Source: an uncultured Acidobacteriota bacterium
GTDB taxonomy: Bacteria > Acidobacteriota > Vicinamibacteria > Vicinamibacterales > CAVVIG01
NCBI GenBank assembly: GCA_963807925.1
Contig: CAWEDP010000002.1
Location: 1,404,950-1,468,949, forward strand
Direction of reading: 5' to 3'
Length of the DNA: 64,000 nt
Shown here: in pieces, positions 46,971-58,743 of the stretch
How the letters are laid out: each line of letters starts with the position of its first letter
Numbering within the stretch: position 1 is the stretch's first letter
Notes under the pieces: generated by a model
What the model saw: the letters and a program-made list of their open reading frames with translations, nothing else
Told to the model about the DNA's origin: nothing
Database searches by the model: none
Translations under genes and position numbers: made by a program

Positions 46971-47816
46971 CTACGAAAGAAACGTGCGAATGTAGTCGTC
47001 GGTCGAGTGGCGAAGCGCGTCCGCGTCGCCCTCGAAGACAATCAGGCCGTCGCGCAGCATCAGAAACTCCGTCTCCCGCTCCTTCACGCGCTGGGCCGGG
47101 GCGATGCGAATGGGCCCGTCGGGATCCTTCGACGCCGAATGCGTCGCGACGTAGAAGGCATCCCGCAACTGATGCGTGACGACGATGGAGGTCACGTTCT
47201 CCAGATCGCGCAGCTTGATGATTTCGTCGTCCACGGTCGTGGCGGTGATCGGATCGAGGCCGGTGGTCGCCTCGTCGTAGAGCAGAAGGTGCGGCTTGGA
47301 CGCCATCGCTCTCGCAATCGCGACGCGGCGGCGCTGGCCGCCGGAGAGCGCCGAGGGCATGCGATCGATGAACTCCCCGAGGCCGATGAAGCCGAGCACC
47401 TCCTCGACGCGCCGATCGACCTCGTCGAGGGGCAGCCGCGTCTCTTCGTAGAGGCGGTAGCCGACGTTCTCCCGGACCGTCAGCGAATCGAACAGCGCGC
47501 CCTCCTGGAACACCATGCCGATGTTGGCGCGAATCGCCATCATCTCCGGTTCGCTCAGCCGGTCCACGCGCTCGCCGTTGACGAACACCCTGCCGCCGTC
47601 CGGCTTGAGCAGCCCCAGCAGAATCTTGAGCGACAGCGACTTCCCTGCGCCGCTCGCGCCGAGGATGACCGTCGTATGGCCCGGCAGCACCGTGAAGCTG
47701 ACGTCCTTCAGGATCACCTTGTCGTCGAACGCGAGCGACACGTGCTCGAAGACGACGGCCGGCGTCTCGGCGGCGTGGGCGTCGGTGGTGGCGCGCGGTG
47801 TGGCGTCGGTCAGCAC
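46971..47816 (-). CDS. mlaF: MlaF-like ABC ATPase
   Basis: GASGAGKS, FQEGALFDSL, LSGGQRRR, LLYDE, VVTH. Confidence 0.9.
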   Translation of the reverse strand: MLTDATPRATTDAHAAETPAVVFEHVSLAFDDKVILKDVSFTVLPGHTTVILGASGAGKSLSLKILLGLLKPDGGRVFVNGERVDRLSEPEMMAIRANIGMVFQEGALFDSLTVRENVGYRLYEETRLPLDEVDRRVEEVLGFIGLGEFIDRMPSALSGGQRRRVAIARAMASKPHLLLYDEATTGLDPITATTVDDEIIKLRDLENVTSIVVTHQLRDAFYVATHSASKDPDGPIRIAPAQRVKERETEFLMLRDGLIVFEGDADALRHSTDDYIRTFLS

Positions 47817-47817
47817 G

Positions 47818-48588
47818 CTAGTAGATGAGCGAGATCAGCACGCGCGTGAGGAAGAAGTCCACGGCAATCACCGCCACCGAGCCGGCGACGACCGACATGG
47901 TCGTCGATCGGCCCACCCCCTGCGTGCCGCCGGTGGTCCGCAGGCCGACGTGACAGGCGATCGTCACGATGACGAACCCGAGGACGAACGGCTTGATAAT
48001 CCCCATCCAGACGTCCTGCATGTACAACGCCTGTTCGATCGAGGACCAGTAGAGGCCGGTGGACACCTGCAGCTGGAACCGCGCGACCATCCAGCCGCCC
48101 ACCATCCCCACGAAATCGGAGATCACCGTGAGCACCGGCGCCATGATGATGCCCGAGAGCACGCGCGGCACGACGAGCTTGCGGATCGGGTCGGTCCCGA
48201 GCGCGCGCAGCGCGTTGATCTGGTCGGTGACCACCATCGAACCGAGCTCGGCCGCGATCCCCGACCCGATGCGGCCGGTCAGCATGAGACCGGTCAGAAC
48301 GGGGCCGAGCTCCTTGATCATCGAAGCGCTGACCAGCCGCCCCACGACGGGGCGGGCGCCGAACTGGTCGAGGGTCAGCCCGCTCTGCAGCGCCAGCACG
48401 GCGCCGGTGAAGAACCCCGTGAGCAGCACGACCGTGAGCGAGGCGACGCCGATGGCGTCGAGCTGCTCGATGAAGTCGTACCGGTAGAAGGGCGGCGTCA
48501 CGGCGCTGCGGAACGCGGCGGCGCACAGCCGGACGTACTCCTGCACGTCGAGGACCGCCCGCTTCAGCCACGTGTCGAGCGCGCCCAC
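47818..48588 (-). CDS. mlaE: MlaE ABC permease
   Basis: KELGPVLTGLM, GSGIAAELGSM, DQINALRALG, GVGRSTT. Confidence 0.92.
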   Translation of the reverse strand: MGALDTWLKRAVLDVQEYVRLCAAAFRSAVTPPFYRYDFIEQLDAIGVASLTVVLLTGFFTGAVLALQSGLTLDQFGARPVVGRLVSASMIKELGPVLTGLMLTGRIGSGIAAELGSMVVTDQINALRALGTDPIRKLVVPRVLSGIIMAPVLTVISDFVGMVGGWMVARFQLQVSTGLYWSSIEQALYMQDVWMGIIKPFVLGFVIVTIACHVGLRTTGGTQGVGRSTTMSVVAGSVAVIAVDFFLTRVLISLIY

Positions 48589-48594
48589 GCGGCG

Positions 48595-50610
<2,016 letters not shown>

Positions 50611-50638
50611 GTGAAACTTCCATCGTACCACCATGGGC

Positions 50639-50666
50639 GGGGCTCGGGGTTCGGGGCCCGGGACTC
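50639..50666. repeat. Degenerate heptamer tandem repeat, four copies
   Basis: GGGGCTC GGGGTTC GGGGCCC GGGACTC in the VWA-uvrB gap. Confidence 0.6.
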
Positions 50667-50672
50667 GGGGGG

Positions 50673-51599
50673 TCAATGCTCGGAGTCCGCCTTGCGGTAC
50701 GGCGCGAAATACCCTTTGCGTGCGCGCACGCGCAGATCCCTGGCGCCGCGATGCTTCAGGACGATCTCGACCCTCCGCCACGACCCGTCGGCGCGCTCGT
50801 TGCTGGAGATGTAGCCGACGGCATACTGCGCGCGTATCTCGGCCAGCACCTTGCCGTAGACCTCGTCGAGCTCCTTGATGGACGCGGGAAAGAACGCCTG
50901 TCCGCCGGTCGTCTCCGCGATCCGCTGGAGAACGGCGCGCCCCTGCTCGCGCGCGCCGGGCGACTGATGATCGAGCTCCCCGATCGCGTACACCGTCACG
51001 TCGGACGCCTTGAGCAGGTCGATGAGCTCGGTGAACCGGAGCGAGCTGCGGGTGTCGCCGCCGTCGGTGTAGAGCAGCATCACCTTGCGTCCGTCCTGCT
51101 CCGCCGCGCCGTCGAGATACACGCCGACGGCGTCGTACAGCGCCGTCATGCCCGTCGTCTTCCGCTGGCGGATCCGCTCGACGAGCCGCGCGAACTCGTC
51201 CTGCCCGTAGCGCGCGACCCGCACCTCCGAATCGAAGTCGACCACGGTGACATCGACGGCCGCGGCCAGAGCGTTCACGAACCTGATGGCCGCCGTCCGG
51301 GTGAACCTGACGTCCTCGCCCATGCTCTCGCTGACATCGAGCAGGAGGCCCAGATGCAGCGGCGGCTGCCCGGAAAGGTCGGCGTCGCCCGGCGCAAAGT
51401 AGCGAATCGGCTGGCGCGTCCCGTCCTCGTACACCTCGAAGTCGTCGGCATCGAAGCCGGCGACGGGCCGCCCCTTCCGGTCCGCCACGGTCACGCCGAG
51501 GGTCACGAGATCGACGCCCGCCCGGAAGACGGGCGCCTGCGCAGCCGCGTCCATCGACAGCCGCGGCAGCCACAGCGAGCAGACGAGGGCTGCGACCAT
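50673..51599 (-). CDS. Acidobacterial VWA domain protein, secreted
   Basis: [42 protein letters not shown]. Confidence 0.9.
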   Translation of the reverse strand: MVAALVCSLWLPRLSMDAAAQAPVFRAGVDLVTLGVTVADRKGRPVAGFDADDFEVYEDGTRQPIRYFAPGDADLSGQPPLHLGLLLDVSESMGEDVRFTRTAAIRFVNALAAAVDVTVVDFDSEVRVARYGQDEFARLVERIRQRKTTGMTALYDAVGVYLDGAAEQDGRKVMLLYTDGGDTRSSLRFTELIDLLKASDVTVYAIGELDHQSPGAREQGRAVLQRIAETTGGQAFFPASIKELDEVYGKVLAEIRAQYAVGYISSNERADGSWRRVEIVLKHRGARDLRVRARKGYFAPYRKADSEH

Positions 51600-51680
51600 G
51601 CACCTCACGCCGGCGACCCCTCCGGCCACTGTACACCGGTGTCATCGCCCCGAGGCGTATAATCAGGGCTTGGACACCTG

Positions 51681-53120
51681 ATGCGGTGCGTTGCGGTCTG
51701 TCAAGACGAACTCGTCATCAAGCTGCTCGACGAAATCCTGTTACCCGCCTTCGACCTCGAGGTCATCGTCGAAAGCCGGACCATCGCCCGCCGCCTCCAT
51801 GAAGGCGGCATCCACGCGGTGGCCGGCGACCCGCGCCGCGCGGACACCTTCGTCAAGGCGGACATCGGACCCGGCACCTGCATCATCATCGAGGACAACC
51901 ACCGGCGCAGCCTCAAGCGCGTGCTCGAAGCGGTGAGGGACGCCGGCGGCACGCTCATCTACGTGCTCGGGATCGGCGCCGCTGGGAGCGCCCACCGGAT
52001 CGAAGAGCTCCACGCCGACTTCCCCGACGTCTCGTATCTGGCGATGTCGGAGCTGCTCGGCGGGCCGCTGCTGACCGAATTCAGCCGCTCGCTCACCCGG
52101 GCTCGCGTCCAGCAGTACCAGCGCTATTGCAGCGATGCCGACCGCATCCTGATTCTGCTGCACAACGATCCGGATCCGGACGCGATGGCCAGCGGGCTGG
52201 CGCTGCGCAACATCCTGCGGCGCACCAAGGCGACCGCGATCATCGGGGCCCTCCAGGGAGTCACCCGGCCGGAAAACCTGCGCATGGTGAACCTGCTCGA
52301 CATCCACGTCGAGGCCATCGCGCCGGATTCGCTGGGCGGCTTCGACCGCATCGCCATGGTCGACGTGCAGCCGAACTACTTCGGCGGCCTCATCGATCGC
52401 GTGGATCTCGTCATCGATCACCACCCGGAGCAGCCGGGGTACACGGCGGTGTACAAGGACATCCGCGCCGACTACGGATCGACCTGCACCATCCTCACCG
52501 AGCACCTCCGGGCCGTGGACGTGAACATCTCCGAGCGGACGGCAACCGCCATGCTGTACGCGATCAAGTCCGACACGCTCTTCTTCAGCCGGCACACCAA
52601 TCGCGTCGATCTCGACGCGTTTTCCTATCTCTATCCGCTCGCCGACGCGGCCCTCATCCGGAAGATGGAAGGCGCCGAGATCACGCTCGAACGCCTCGAT
52701 TACGTCCTGAAGGCCTACCGCGGCGGATCGCTGCGCGGTCAGGTGTTCTGTGCGTTTGTCGGGCCGTCGGCGCGCGAAGACTTCATCCCCTACGTCGCCG
52801 ATTTCTTCCTGCAGGTCGAGGACGTGAAATGGACCGTCGTCGCCGGCATCGTCAACGATTCGCTCGTGATTTCGGTCCGGAACCTCGGGTACACGAAGAA
52901 CGCCGGGGAATTCGTCCGGCGGTTCTTCTCCGAGGTCGGCAGCGCCGGCGGCCACCGCGCGATGGCGAAAGCCGTCATCCCGATGCACGCCTTCCGCAGC
53001 AAGTATCCGGACATCGACGGCGAAACGATGGCCGGCTGGCTGCACGACCTGGTGGATCACTTCCTCCACGACATCAAGGAGGTGAAGAGCCACAAGACCG
53101 AGGTGAGAACCGAAGTCTGA
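51681..53120 (+). CDS. DHH/DHHA1 family phosphoesterase with N-terminal extra domain
   Basis: [29 protein letters not shown]; TATAAT at 51658-63. Confidence 0.9.
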   Translation: MRCVAVCQDELVIKLLDEILLPAFDLEVIVESRTIARRLHEGGIHAVAGDPRRADTFVKADIGPGTCIIIEDNHRRSLKRVLEAVRDAGGTLIYVLGIGAAGSAHRIEELHADFPDVSYLAMSELLGGPLLTEFSRSLTRARVQQYQRYCSDADRILILLHNDPDPDAMASGLALRNILRRTKATAIIGALQGVTRPENLRMVNLLDIHVEAIAPDSLGGFDRIAMVDVQPNYFGGLIDRVDLVIDHHPEQPGYTAVYKDIRADYGSTCTILTEHLRAVDVNISERTATAMLYAIKSDTLFFSRHTNRVDLDAFSYLYPLADAALIRKMEGAEITLERLDYVLKAYRGGSLRGQVFCAFVGPSAREDFIPYVADFFLQVEDVKWTVVAGIVNDSLVISVRNLGYTKNAGEFVRRFFSEVGSAGGHRAMAKAVIPMHAFRSKYPDIDGETMAGWLHDLVDHFLHDIKEVKSHKTEVRTEV

Positions 53121-53133
53121 GGGCTCCCGCCGC

Positions 53134-54576
53134 TCAGCGCCCCACCCGCTCGCCACTCGCCCCGACAATCGGCTCGATGAACTGGTGATACGCGTCCTCG
53201 TATCCCCGCGCCATCAGCTCCGCCAGACCGGGCCGCCGGTCCGATCGATCGTCGAACGCCGCGGAGAAGTCGAAGGGACCGACTGGATTGTGGGCCGGCC
53301 GCAGGGTGTAGATCCGGAGCGGCGGGCCGCCCGCGAGCCGTTCGACGTCGCGGACGAGGGCCGATTCCGCCGAGTGGAGATACTCGCCGATGCGCCCGTG
53401 ACCGTCGAGCCGCGCGGCGCCGAGCGTGTGCGGCCCGGTGGCCTCGGCCGCCGCCGACACGACGATGATCTGCTCGGTTCCGAGCTCGGCGAGCTCGCGG
53501 ACGAGGCGGACCACGGCCGCCGGTCGATCGCAGAGCCGGTGCGTTTCGCCGCGCCAGTACCCGTCGGGTGAAAACGTGATGGCCCGCGGCTCGCACGCAA
53601 TCGGCACCGCGAGCGCGCCGGCGACGACGTCGGGCAGATAGTCCCGGGCCATGCCTGCCAGATCGAAGACCTCGGCCCGCCGCGCCTCGGCCGCCTCCCG
53701 GCTGGCGCGCCGGATCAAGTCGCGCCGGCGCGTCTCGGCGACGACCGCGAACACCAGGTCGCGCCGGCTGTCGAGGTCGTGCACAGCCAGCACGAGCTCG
53801 CGAAACCCCGGCTGTCCGACGTTTTCGGCGACGAGCTCGAGATACCGCCGGCCGAGTTCGACCGGCGAGGGCGCCTTCAACCGCGCCGCGCCGCGCACGA
53901 GATCCCAGATCGACCGCCAGCACAGCGCCGTCGCTTCGGCCGACGAGAGCGGCGCCCGGACCAGCCGCCACCATCGGGGCCCGCGGACCTTCCGGCGGCC
54001 GGCGCCGAGGAGGGCGCCGACGAGCGCGCCGAGCCCGGCGACGCCGAGCACCAGGACGGCGATGCGGGGCAGCCACGTGGGCAATCCGCCGGGGGCGAAC
54101 GCGGCCTCCGCCACGCGGAGGTACGCCGATGTCAGTCCACCCCCGCGGGCGATGCCGATCATCTTGAGGACGAAATCGATCGGGTACACGATCAGCCCGA
54201 GCGCCACGGCGACGAGCGGGACGGCGACCACCGCGACGGCGGCCGCGCAGCACCAGAACAGCAGCCGCACCGTCGGACGCCACCGATAGAGCCGCGCTGC
54301 GCCCGCCGTCCGCCAGAATCCCCTGTCGTCCCACAGCCGCTGCGTGCCGTCGACCGCGCAGAACAGCGCGCCGATGACGCCGACGCCGTGCCCGGCGACG
54401 ATGTCGATCTTCACGCCGGCCTCGTGGAGGGCGCGAAGCACGCCGGCATGGTACGCGCCACCCGTACCGGTCCCGGTCAGCACCAGGCCGGTGCGCCGTT
54501 GCGGGGAATAGGAGTCGGAAGGAGCCGGGTCGATCGGGGCGGAGCGCGCCGGCGCAGACGGCGAGCGCTCGATCAT
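53134..54576 (-). CDS. Patatin-like protein with TM insertion, catalytic Ser absent
   Basis: GLVLTGTGTGGAYHAG, VAGHGVG in place of GxSxG, two hydrophobic helices; ATGA overlap with greA. Confidence 0.8.
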   Translation of the reverse strand: MIERSPSAPARSAPIDPAPSDSYSPQRRTGLVLTGTGTGGAYHAGVLRALHEAGVKIDIVAGHGVGVIGALFCAVDGTQRLWDDRGFWRTAGAARLYRWRPTVRLLFWCCAAAVAVVAVPLVAVALGLIVYPIDFVLKMIGIARGGGLTSAYLRVAEAAFAPGGLPTWLPRIAVLVLGVAGLGALVGALLGAGRRKVRGPRWWRLVRAPLSSAEATALCWRSIWDLVRGAARLKAPSPVELGRRYLELVAENVGQPGFRELVLAVHDLDSRRDLVFAVVAETRRRDLIRRASREAAEARRAEVFDLAGMARDYLPDVVAGALAVPIACEPRAITFSPDGYWRGETHRLCDRPAAVVRLVRELAELGTEQIIVVSAAAEATGPHTLGAARLDGHGRIGEYLHSAESALVRDVERLAGGPPLRIYTLRPAHNPVGPFDFSAAFDDRSDRRPGLAELMARGYEDAYHQFIEPIVGASGERVGR

Positions 54577-55058
54577 TCCTCGGCTGCGTCGTGGATGGTG
54601 AGCAGTTTGACGATTTCGAACTCGCGCGAGCCGCCGGGCGTCGCCACCTTGACCGTGTCGCCGGTCTCCTTGTTCAGAAACGCGCGGCCAATCGGCGACG
54701 TCGTCGAGATGAGTCCCTTGGCCGCGTCGGCGTCCTCCGGCATGACGAGGTGAAACACAAGCTTTTCACCCGTGCTCTCGATGACGTGGATACGGGAGCC
54801 AAAGCCGGCGCGATCGGAAGGAATCCGATCGACGTTGATGAGCGCGATCTCGGCGACGCGCTTCTTCAGCATGCTGATGCGCGCCTCGACCAGCCGCTGC
54901 CGCTCCTTCGCCGCCGCGTACTCCGCGTTCTCGCGCAGGTCCCCCAGCTCACGGGCGCGCCGGATTTCCTTCGGCAGCTCGAGCTTCAGCTCGCGCTCGA
55001 GCGTCGAGATCTCGTCTTCGAACTTCCTGATCAGGCGCTCCTTCATCGCGTCTGGCAT
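54573..55058 (-). CDS. greA: Transcription elongation factor GreA
   Basis: ARELGDLRENAEYAAAK, ISTTSPIGRA, TPGG. Confidence 0.93.
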   Translation of the reverse strand: MPDAMKERLIRKFEDEISTLERELKLELPKEIRRARELGDLRENAEYAAAKERQRLVEARISMLKKRVAEIALINVDRIPSDRAGFGSRIHVIESTGEKLVFHLVMPEDADAAKGLISTTSPIGRAFLNKETGDTVKVATPGGSREFEIVKLLTIHDAAEE

Positions 55059-55142
55059 CGGTTGGCCGATCGTACCACAGTGTTATCCTTCAACGGGCGC
55101 CGGCGCGCGGGGGTCCCGGCCGATCGCGCGAGGTTCCCGGTT

Positions 55143-55940
55143 ATGCCGACGACGATCACGAGCCGCCGCAGTCCGGTCGTCGCGCGCGTTCGCGAGGTCG
55201 CGCGCGGCGGGGATCGCGACCACCTGCTCCTCGACGGTCCGCACCTGGTTCGCGGCGCGGTCGACTGCGATCTGACGATCGAACAGGTCATCGTGTCGAC
55301 CGACGGGCGACACGACGACGAGATCCGGCGGCTGCTCGAGGCGATGCCGCCCGGCGTGAGGGTCGCCACCGTGTCATCGTCGGTCATGCGCGCCGTCAGT
55401 CCGGTCCGGTCGCCGGGCCGAATCGTCGCGATCGCGCGGGCGCCGGCAGGGTCGGCGGATCGGGTGTTCCGGCAGCGGACGGCGATCGTCATTGCCGCCG
55501 ACATCCAGGATCCGGGAAACGTCGGCGCCATCGTGCGCGTTGCAGACGCCGGCGGCGCTGCGGGCGTTCTGGTCGCCGGCCGCACGGCGAACCCGTTCGG
55601 CTGGAAGGCGCTGCGCGGCTCGATGGCCAGCGCGCTGCGTCTTCCGATCGCCCAGTACCGAGACGTGGACGCGGCGATCGACGAGGCCCGCCGCCACGGA
55701 TGGCGGATCGCGGCGACCGCGCCGGCCGGAGGCACGCCGCACGTCGAAGCGGACCTTCGCGGCGCCGTCGCCTTCGTGATCGGCGGCGAAGGCGGCGGGC
55801 TGCCGGCCAGCGTGATTGCGGGCGCCGACCAGCGCCTGACGATCCCGATGGAGCCGGGGGTCGAATCGTTGAACGCCGCCGCGGCCGCCGCCATTCTCGT
55901 GTACGAAGCGCGCCGGCAGCGCCGTGCGCGGGCCGGCTGA
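55143..55940 (+). CDS. TrmH/SpoU family RNA methyltransferase
   Basis: IQDPGNVGAIVR, RGSM, IGGEGGG, IPM..VESLNAA. Confidence 0.92.
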   Translation: MPTTITSRRSPVVARVREVARGGDRDHLLLDGPHLVRGAVDCDLTIEQVIVSTDGRHDDEIRRLLEAMPPGVRVATVSSSVMRAVSPVRSPGRIVAIARAPAGSADRVFRQRTAIVIAADIQDPGNVGAIVRVADAGGAAGVLVAGRTANPFGWKALRGSMASALRLPIAQYRDVDAAIDEARRHGWRIAATAPAGGTPHVEADLRGAVAFVIGGEGGGLPASVIAGADQRLTIPMEPGVESLNAAAAAAILVYEARRQRRARAG

Positions 55941-55964
55941 GGCGGCAACCCGGCCCAACAGGCT

Positions 55965-57299
55965 ATGGACTCTCTGTTCCCTCCCGACAACGCCGGAGCC
56001 GAGCGCCCCGACGCGCCGCTGGCCGAGCGGATGCGGCCGCGGACCTTCGACGAGTTCGTCGGACAGGAGGAACTGCTCGCGCCGGGACGGCCTCTGCGGG
56101 AAGCCATCGAGCGCGACCTCCTGCAGTCGATCATCCTCTGGGGCCCGCCCGGCACCGGCAAGACGACGCTCGCGCGCATCATCGCCGACCGGACGAAGGC
56201 GCGCTTCGTGTCGTTCAGCGCGGTGCTCTCCGGCATCAGGGAGATCCGCGACGTGATGGCCGAAGCCGAGCGGCAGCGCCGCTCCGCAGGACGCCGCACC
56301 ATCGTCTTCATCGACGAGATTCACCGGTTCAACAAGGCGCAGCAGGATGCGTTCCTGCCGCGCGTGGAGGCCGGCGACATCGTGCTCGTCGGCGCCACGA
56401 CCGAGAACCCGTCGTTCGAGGTGACCGCGGCGCTGCTGTCGCGCTCGAAGGTCTTCGTGCTGCGCGGTCTCACGACCGAGGAGGTCGCGTCGATTCTCGC
56501 GCGCGCGGTCGCCGATCCGGTGCACGGCCTGGCCGCGCAGTCGCCCGACGTCTCCTCCGACGCCCTCCAGGCCATCGCCGCGTACGCGAACGGAGACGCC
56601 CGCGTCGCGCTCAATCTTCTCGAGTTGAGCGTCGCCGCCGCGCCGATCGCCGACGGACTGCGGCGGGTGGACGCGTCGCGCGTGCGAGAAGCCATTCAGC
56701 GCCGGGCCCTGCTCTACGACAAGACCGGCGAAGAGCACTACAACCTGATCTCCGCGCTCCACAAGTCGATGCGCAACAGCGATCCCGATGCCGCGGTCTA
56801 CTGGCTGGCCCGGATGGTCGAGGCCGGCGAGGATCCGCTGTACATCGCGCGACGACTCGTCCGCTTCGCGTCCGAGGACGTCGGCAACGCCGATCCCCAG
56901 GCGCTGACCGTGGCCGTCGCCGCCAAGGATGCGGTGCATTTCATCGGCATGCCGGAAGGCAACACGGCGCTCGCCCAGGCGGCGATCTATCTCGCCACCG
57001 CGCCGAAGAGCAACGCCGTGTACGAGGCCTACCGGCGCGCCGCCGGCGACGCGCACGGGGACCTCGCGCAGCCGGTCCCGCTGCACCTCCGGAACGCGCC
57101 GACGGCCCTGATGAAGGAGCTGGAGTACGGACGGGGGTACAGATACGCTCATGCCGAACCGGACGCGGTCGCCGACATGACCTGCCTGCCGCCGGCCCTC
57201 GAAGGACGAACCTACTACCTGCCGACCGGGCGCGGATTCGAGAAGGAACTCAAACAGCGGCTCGACGCGTGGAAGGAACGGAAGCGTCGGCGAGAGTAG
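55965..57299 (+). CDS. rarA: Replication-associated recombination protein A
   Basis: PLAERMRP, GPPGTGKTT, IDEIHRFNKAQQD, ATTENPSF, ISALHKS, APKSNA, VPLHLRNAP. Confidence 0.95.
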   Translation: MDSLFPPDNAGAERPDAPLAERMRPRTFDEFVGQEELLAPGRPLREAIERDLLQSIILWGPPGTGKTTLARIIADRTKARFVSFSAVLSGIREIRDVMAEAERQRRSAGRRTIVFIDEIHRFNKAQQDAFLPRVEAGDIVLVGATTENPSFEVTAALLSRSKVFVLRGLTTEEVASILARAVADPVHGLAAQSPDVSSDALQAIAAYANGDARVALNLLELSVAAAPIADGLRRVDASRVREAIQRRALLYDKTGEEHYNLISALHKSMRNSDPDAAVYWLARMVEAGEDPLYIARRLVRFASEDVGNADPQALTVAVAAKDAVHFIGMPEGNTALAQAAIYLATAPKSNAVYEAYRRAAGDAHGDLAQPVPLHLRNAPTALMKELEYGRGYRYAHAEPDAVADMTCLPPALEGRTYYLPTGRGFEKELKQRLDAWKERKRRRE

Positions 57300-57318
57300 A
57301 AGGACTGAGCCCTCGAGG

Positions 57319-58233
57319 CTACTGAATCTTCGTCGCCAGCACGACCGCGTCGGTCTTGTCGGGCCCGGGAACCTTGCGCAGCATCTCGCGGCGGATCGGC
57401 AGGATGAACGAGAAGCGGTAGTCTCCCTGCATCCGGCCGATCGGAATGCCCACCAGGTTCCCGCGCTGGTCGAGGACGCCGCCGCCGGACACCCCCGGAT
57501 GGCCGTCAGTCAGCGCCGTGACCAGACCGTTCCCGGTCTTCTGGCCCACGTACCCGGTCGCTGCGACGATGCCCTTCGAGTAATCGTTGCCAAGCCGGAA
57601 GATCGGTTCCGCGAAGTCGAACGCGAAGTCGGGATCGACCGCGAGCGGCGGCAGATCCAGATCGCGCGTCTTGAGGATGGCCCAGTCGCCCTTGTCGACC
57701 TCGACCTGCGCGTCACCGTAGTCCACGACCCTGGCGGACACGTCCTTGCCGTTATAGACCACGCGGACCGACGTCACCCTCCGCGTGCCCCGCCGGTTGT
57801 CCTCGTCCTTCAGCGCCACGACCGCGTGCTTGACCGTGACGAAGTAGCCGTGCCCCAGATACCCGGCCGTCCCGTAGCTGGTCTTGCCGAAGTTGTCATC
57901 GGCGTACAGCTCGACGAAGGACGGCCGCCGGTCCCGGATCAGGTTCACCGGCAACAGGCCCATGTCGTGCTGAATCTCCTGCTTGATCTCCGCGATCATT
58001 TCCGCCCGCGAGGCGCGGTCGGCGTCGGTGGCCCGCCCCGACTGGGTCCGGCCGGTCGTGCCGGCGGTCGCCGCCACGTCGCGCTGCAGTTCGTCGCGGA
58101 GCTCGCGAATGCGCTGGTCGTTCAGCGCGCGCTCGGCACGGTCGCCGCCGCGGCGCTGCAGAACACCCAGCGTGAAGCACGAGACGGCAGTGGCCACGAT
58201 CGAAGCGACGAAGACGAGCCGTCGGGACATCAT
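57319..58233 (-). CDS. Membrane-anchored trypsin-like serine protease
   Basis: N-terminal TM and coiled coil; VTVKHAV (His), GDWAIL (Asp), GHPGVSGGG (Ser). Confidence 0.82.
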   Translation of the reverse strand: MMSRRLVFVASIVATAVSCFTLGVLQRRGGDRAERALNDQRIRELRDELQRDVAATAGTTGRTQSGRATDADRASRAEMIAEIKQEIQHDMGLLPVNLIRDRRPSFVELYADDNFGKTSYGTAGYLGHGYFVTVKHAVVALKDEDNRRGTRRVTSVRVVYNGKDVSARVVDYGDAQVEVDKGDWAILKTRDLDLPPLAVDPDFAFDFAEPIFRLGNDYSKGIVAATGYVGQKTGNGLVTALTDGHPGVSGGGVLDQRGNLVGIPIGRMQGDYRFSFILPIRREMLRKVPGPDKTDAVVLATKIQ

Positions 58234-58246
58234 CACAGACTCCAAG

Positions 58247-58322
58247 TTCGGCAGCTAGACCACCTCCGCCTCCGCGCCAGTCTAGAGCGCGATGCCGGTC
58301 GAAGGCTTACAGCTTTGCCCTC
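58247..58322 (-). promoter_or_regulatory. Structured 5' leader resembling a divergent GEMM (c-di-GMP-I) aptamer
   Basis: GGGCAAA…CGC…CUAGAC…GUCUAG-CUGCCGAA ending at the RBS; lacks the GAAA tetraloop and CGCAAA. Confidence 0.3.
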
Positions 58323-58502
58323 CCGCCGTGACGAGCGCCACAGGCGCCGCCGCGACGTCAAGGCCCTTTCGCTTGGAAAGCGTTGAGCTGCTAAGGATTG
58401 TATCGGGTCGGGTCGATGGGATTAGTGTACCAAACGCCCGCGGAGACCGTCAATTGGAATCCCGCACGAGATTCCGATCGAAATCTGTGCAACGGCGTGC
58501 CG

Positions 58503-58676
58503 TTACGACCGCCGGACCGCCCGGGTCAACCCCCAGCCGGCCAGAAAAGCCGCCACGCCTGCCGCGAACAGCCGCGGGTTGGGTCCCATCGGGCCGGCCG
58601 TGAACAGATCGACCAGCAGTATCCACATGCCGACCATCTGCCCGAACCGACCCAGGTAGTACACGGCGCGCGTCAC
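58503..58676 (-). CDS. Small two-TM membrane protein (57 aa), not in the ORF track
   Basis: GGAGAG RBS, GTG start: MTRAVYYLGRFGQMVGMWILLVDLFTAGPMGPNPRLFAAGVAAFLAGWGLTRAVRRS. Confidence 0.7.
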   Translation of the reverse strand: MTRAVYYLGRFGQMVGMWILLVDLFTAGPMGPNPRLFAAGVAAFLAGWGLTRAVRRS

Positions 58677-58743
58677 GGCCCTCTCCAGTTCCAGGCTGAC
58701 CTCCGCGGCGGCGTCCGTCGGCTCCGTCCCGGCCTCAGCCGTA

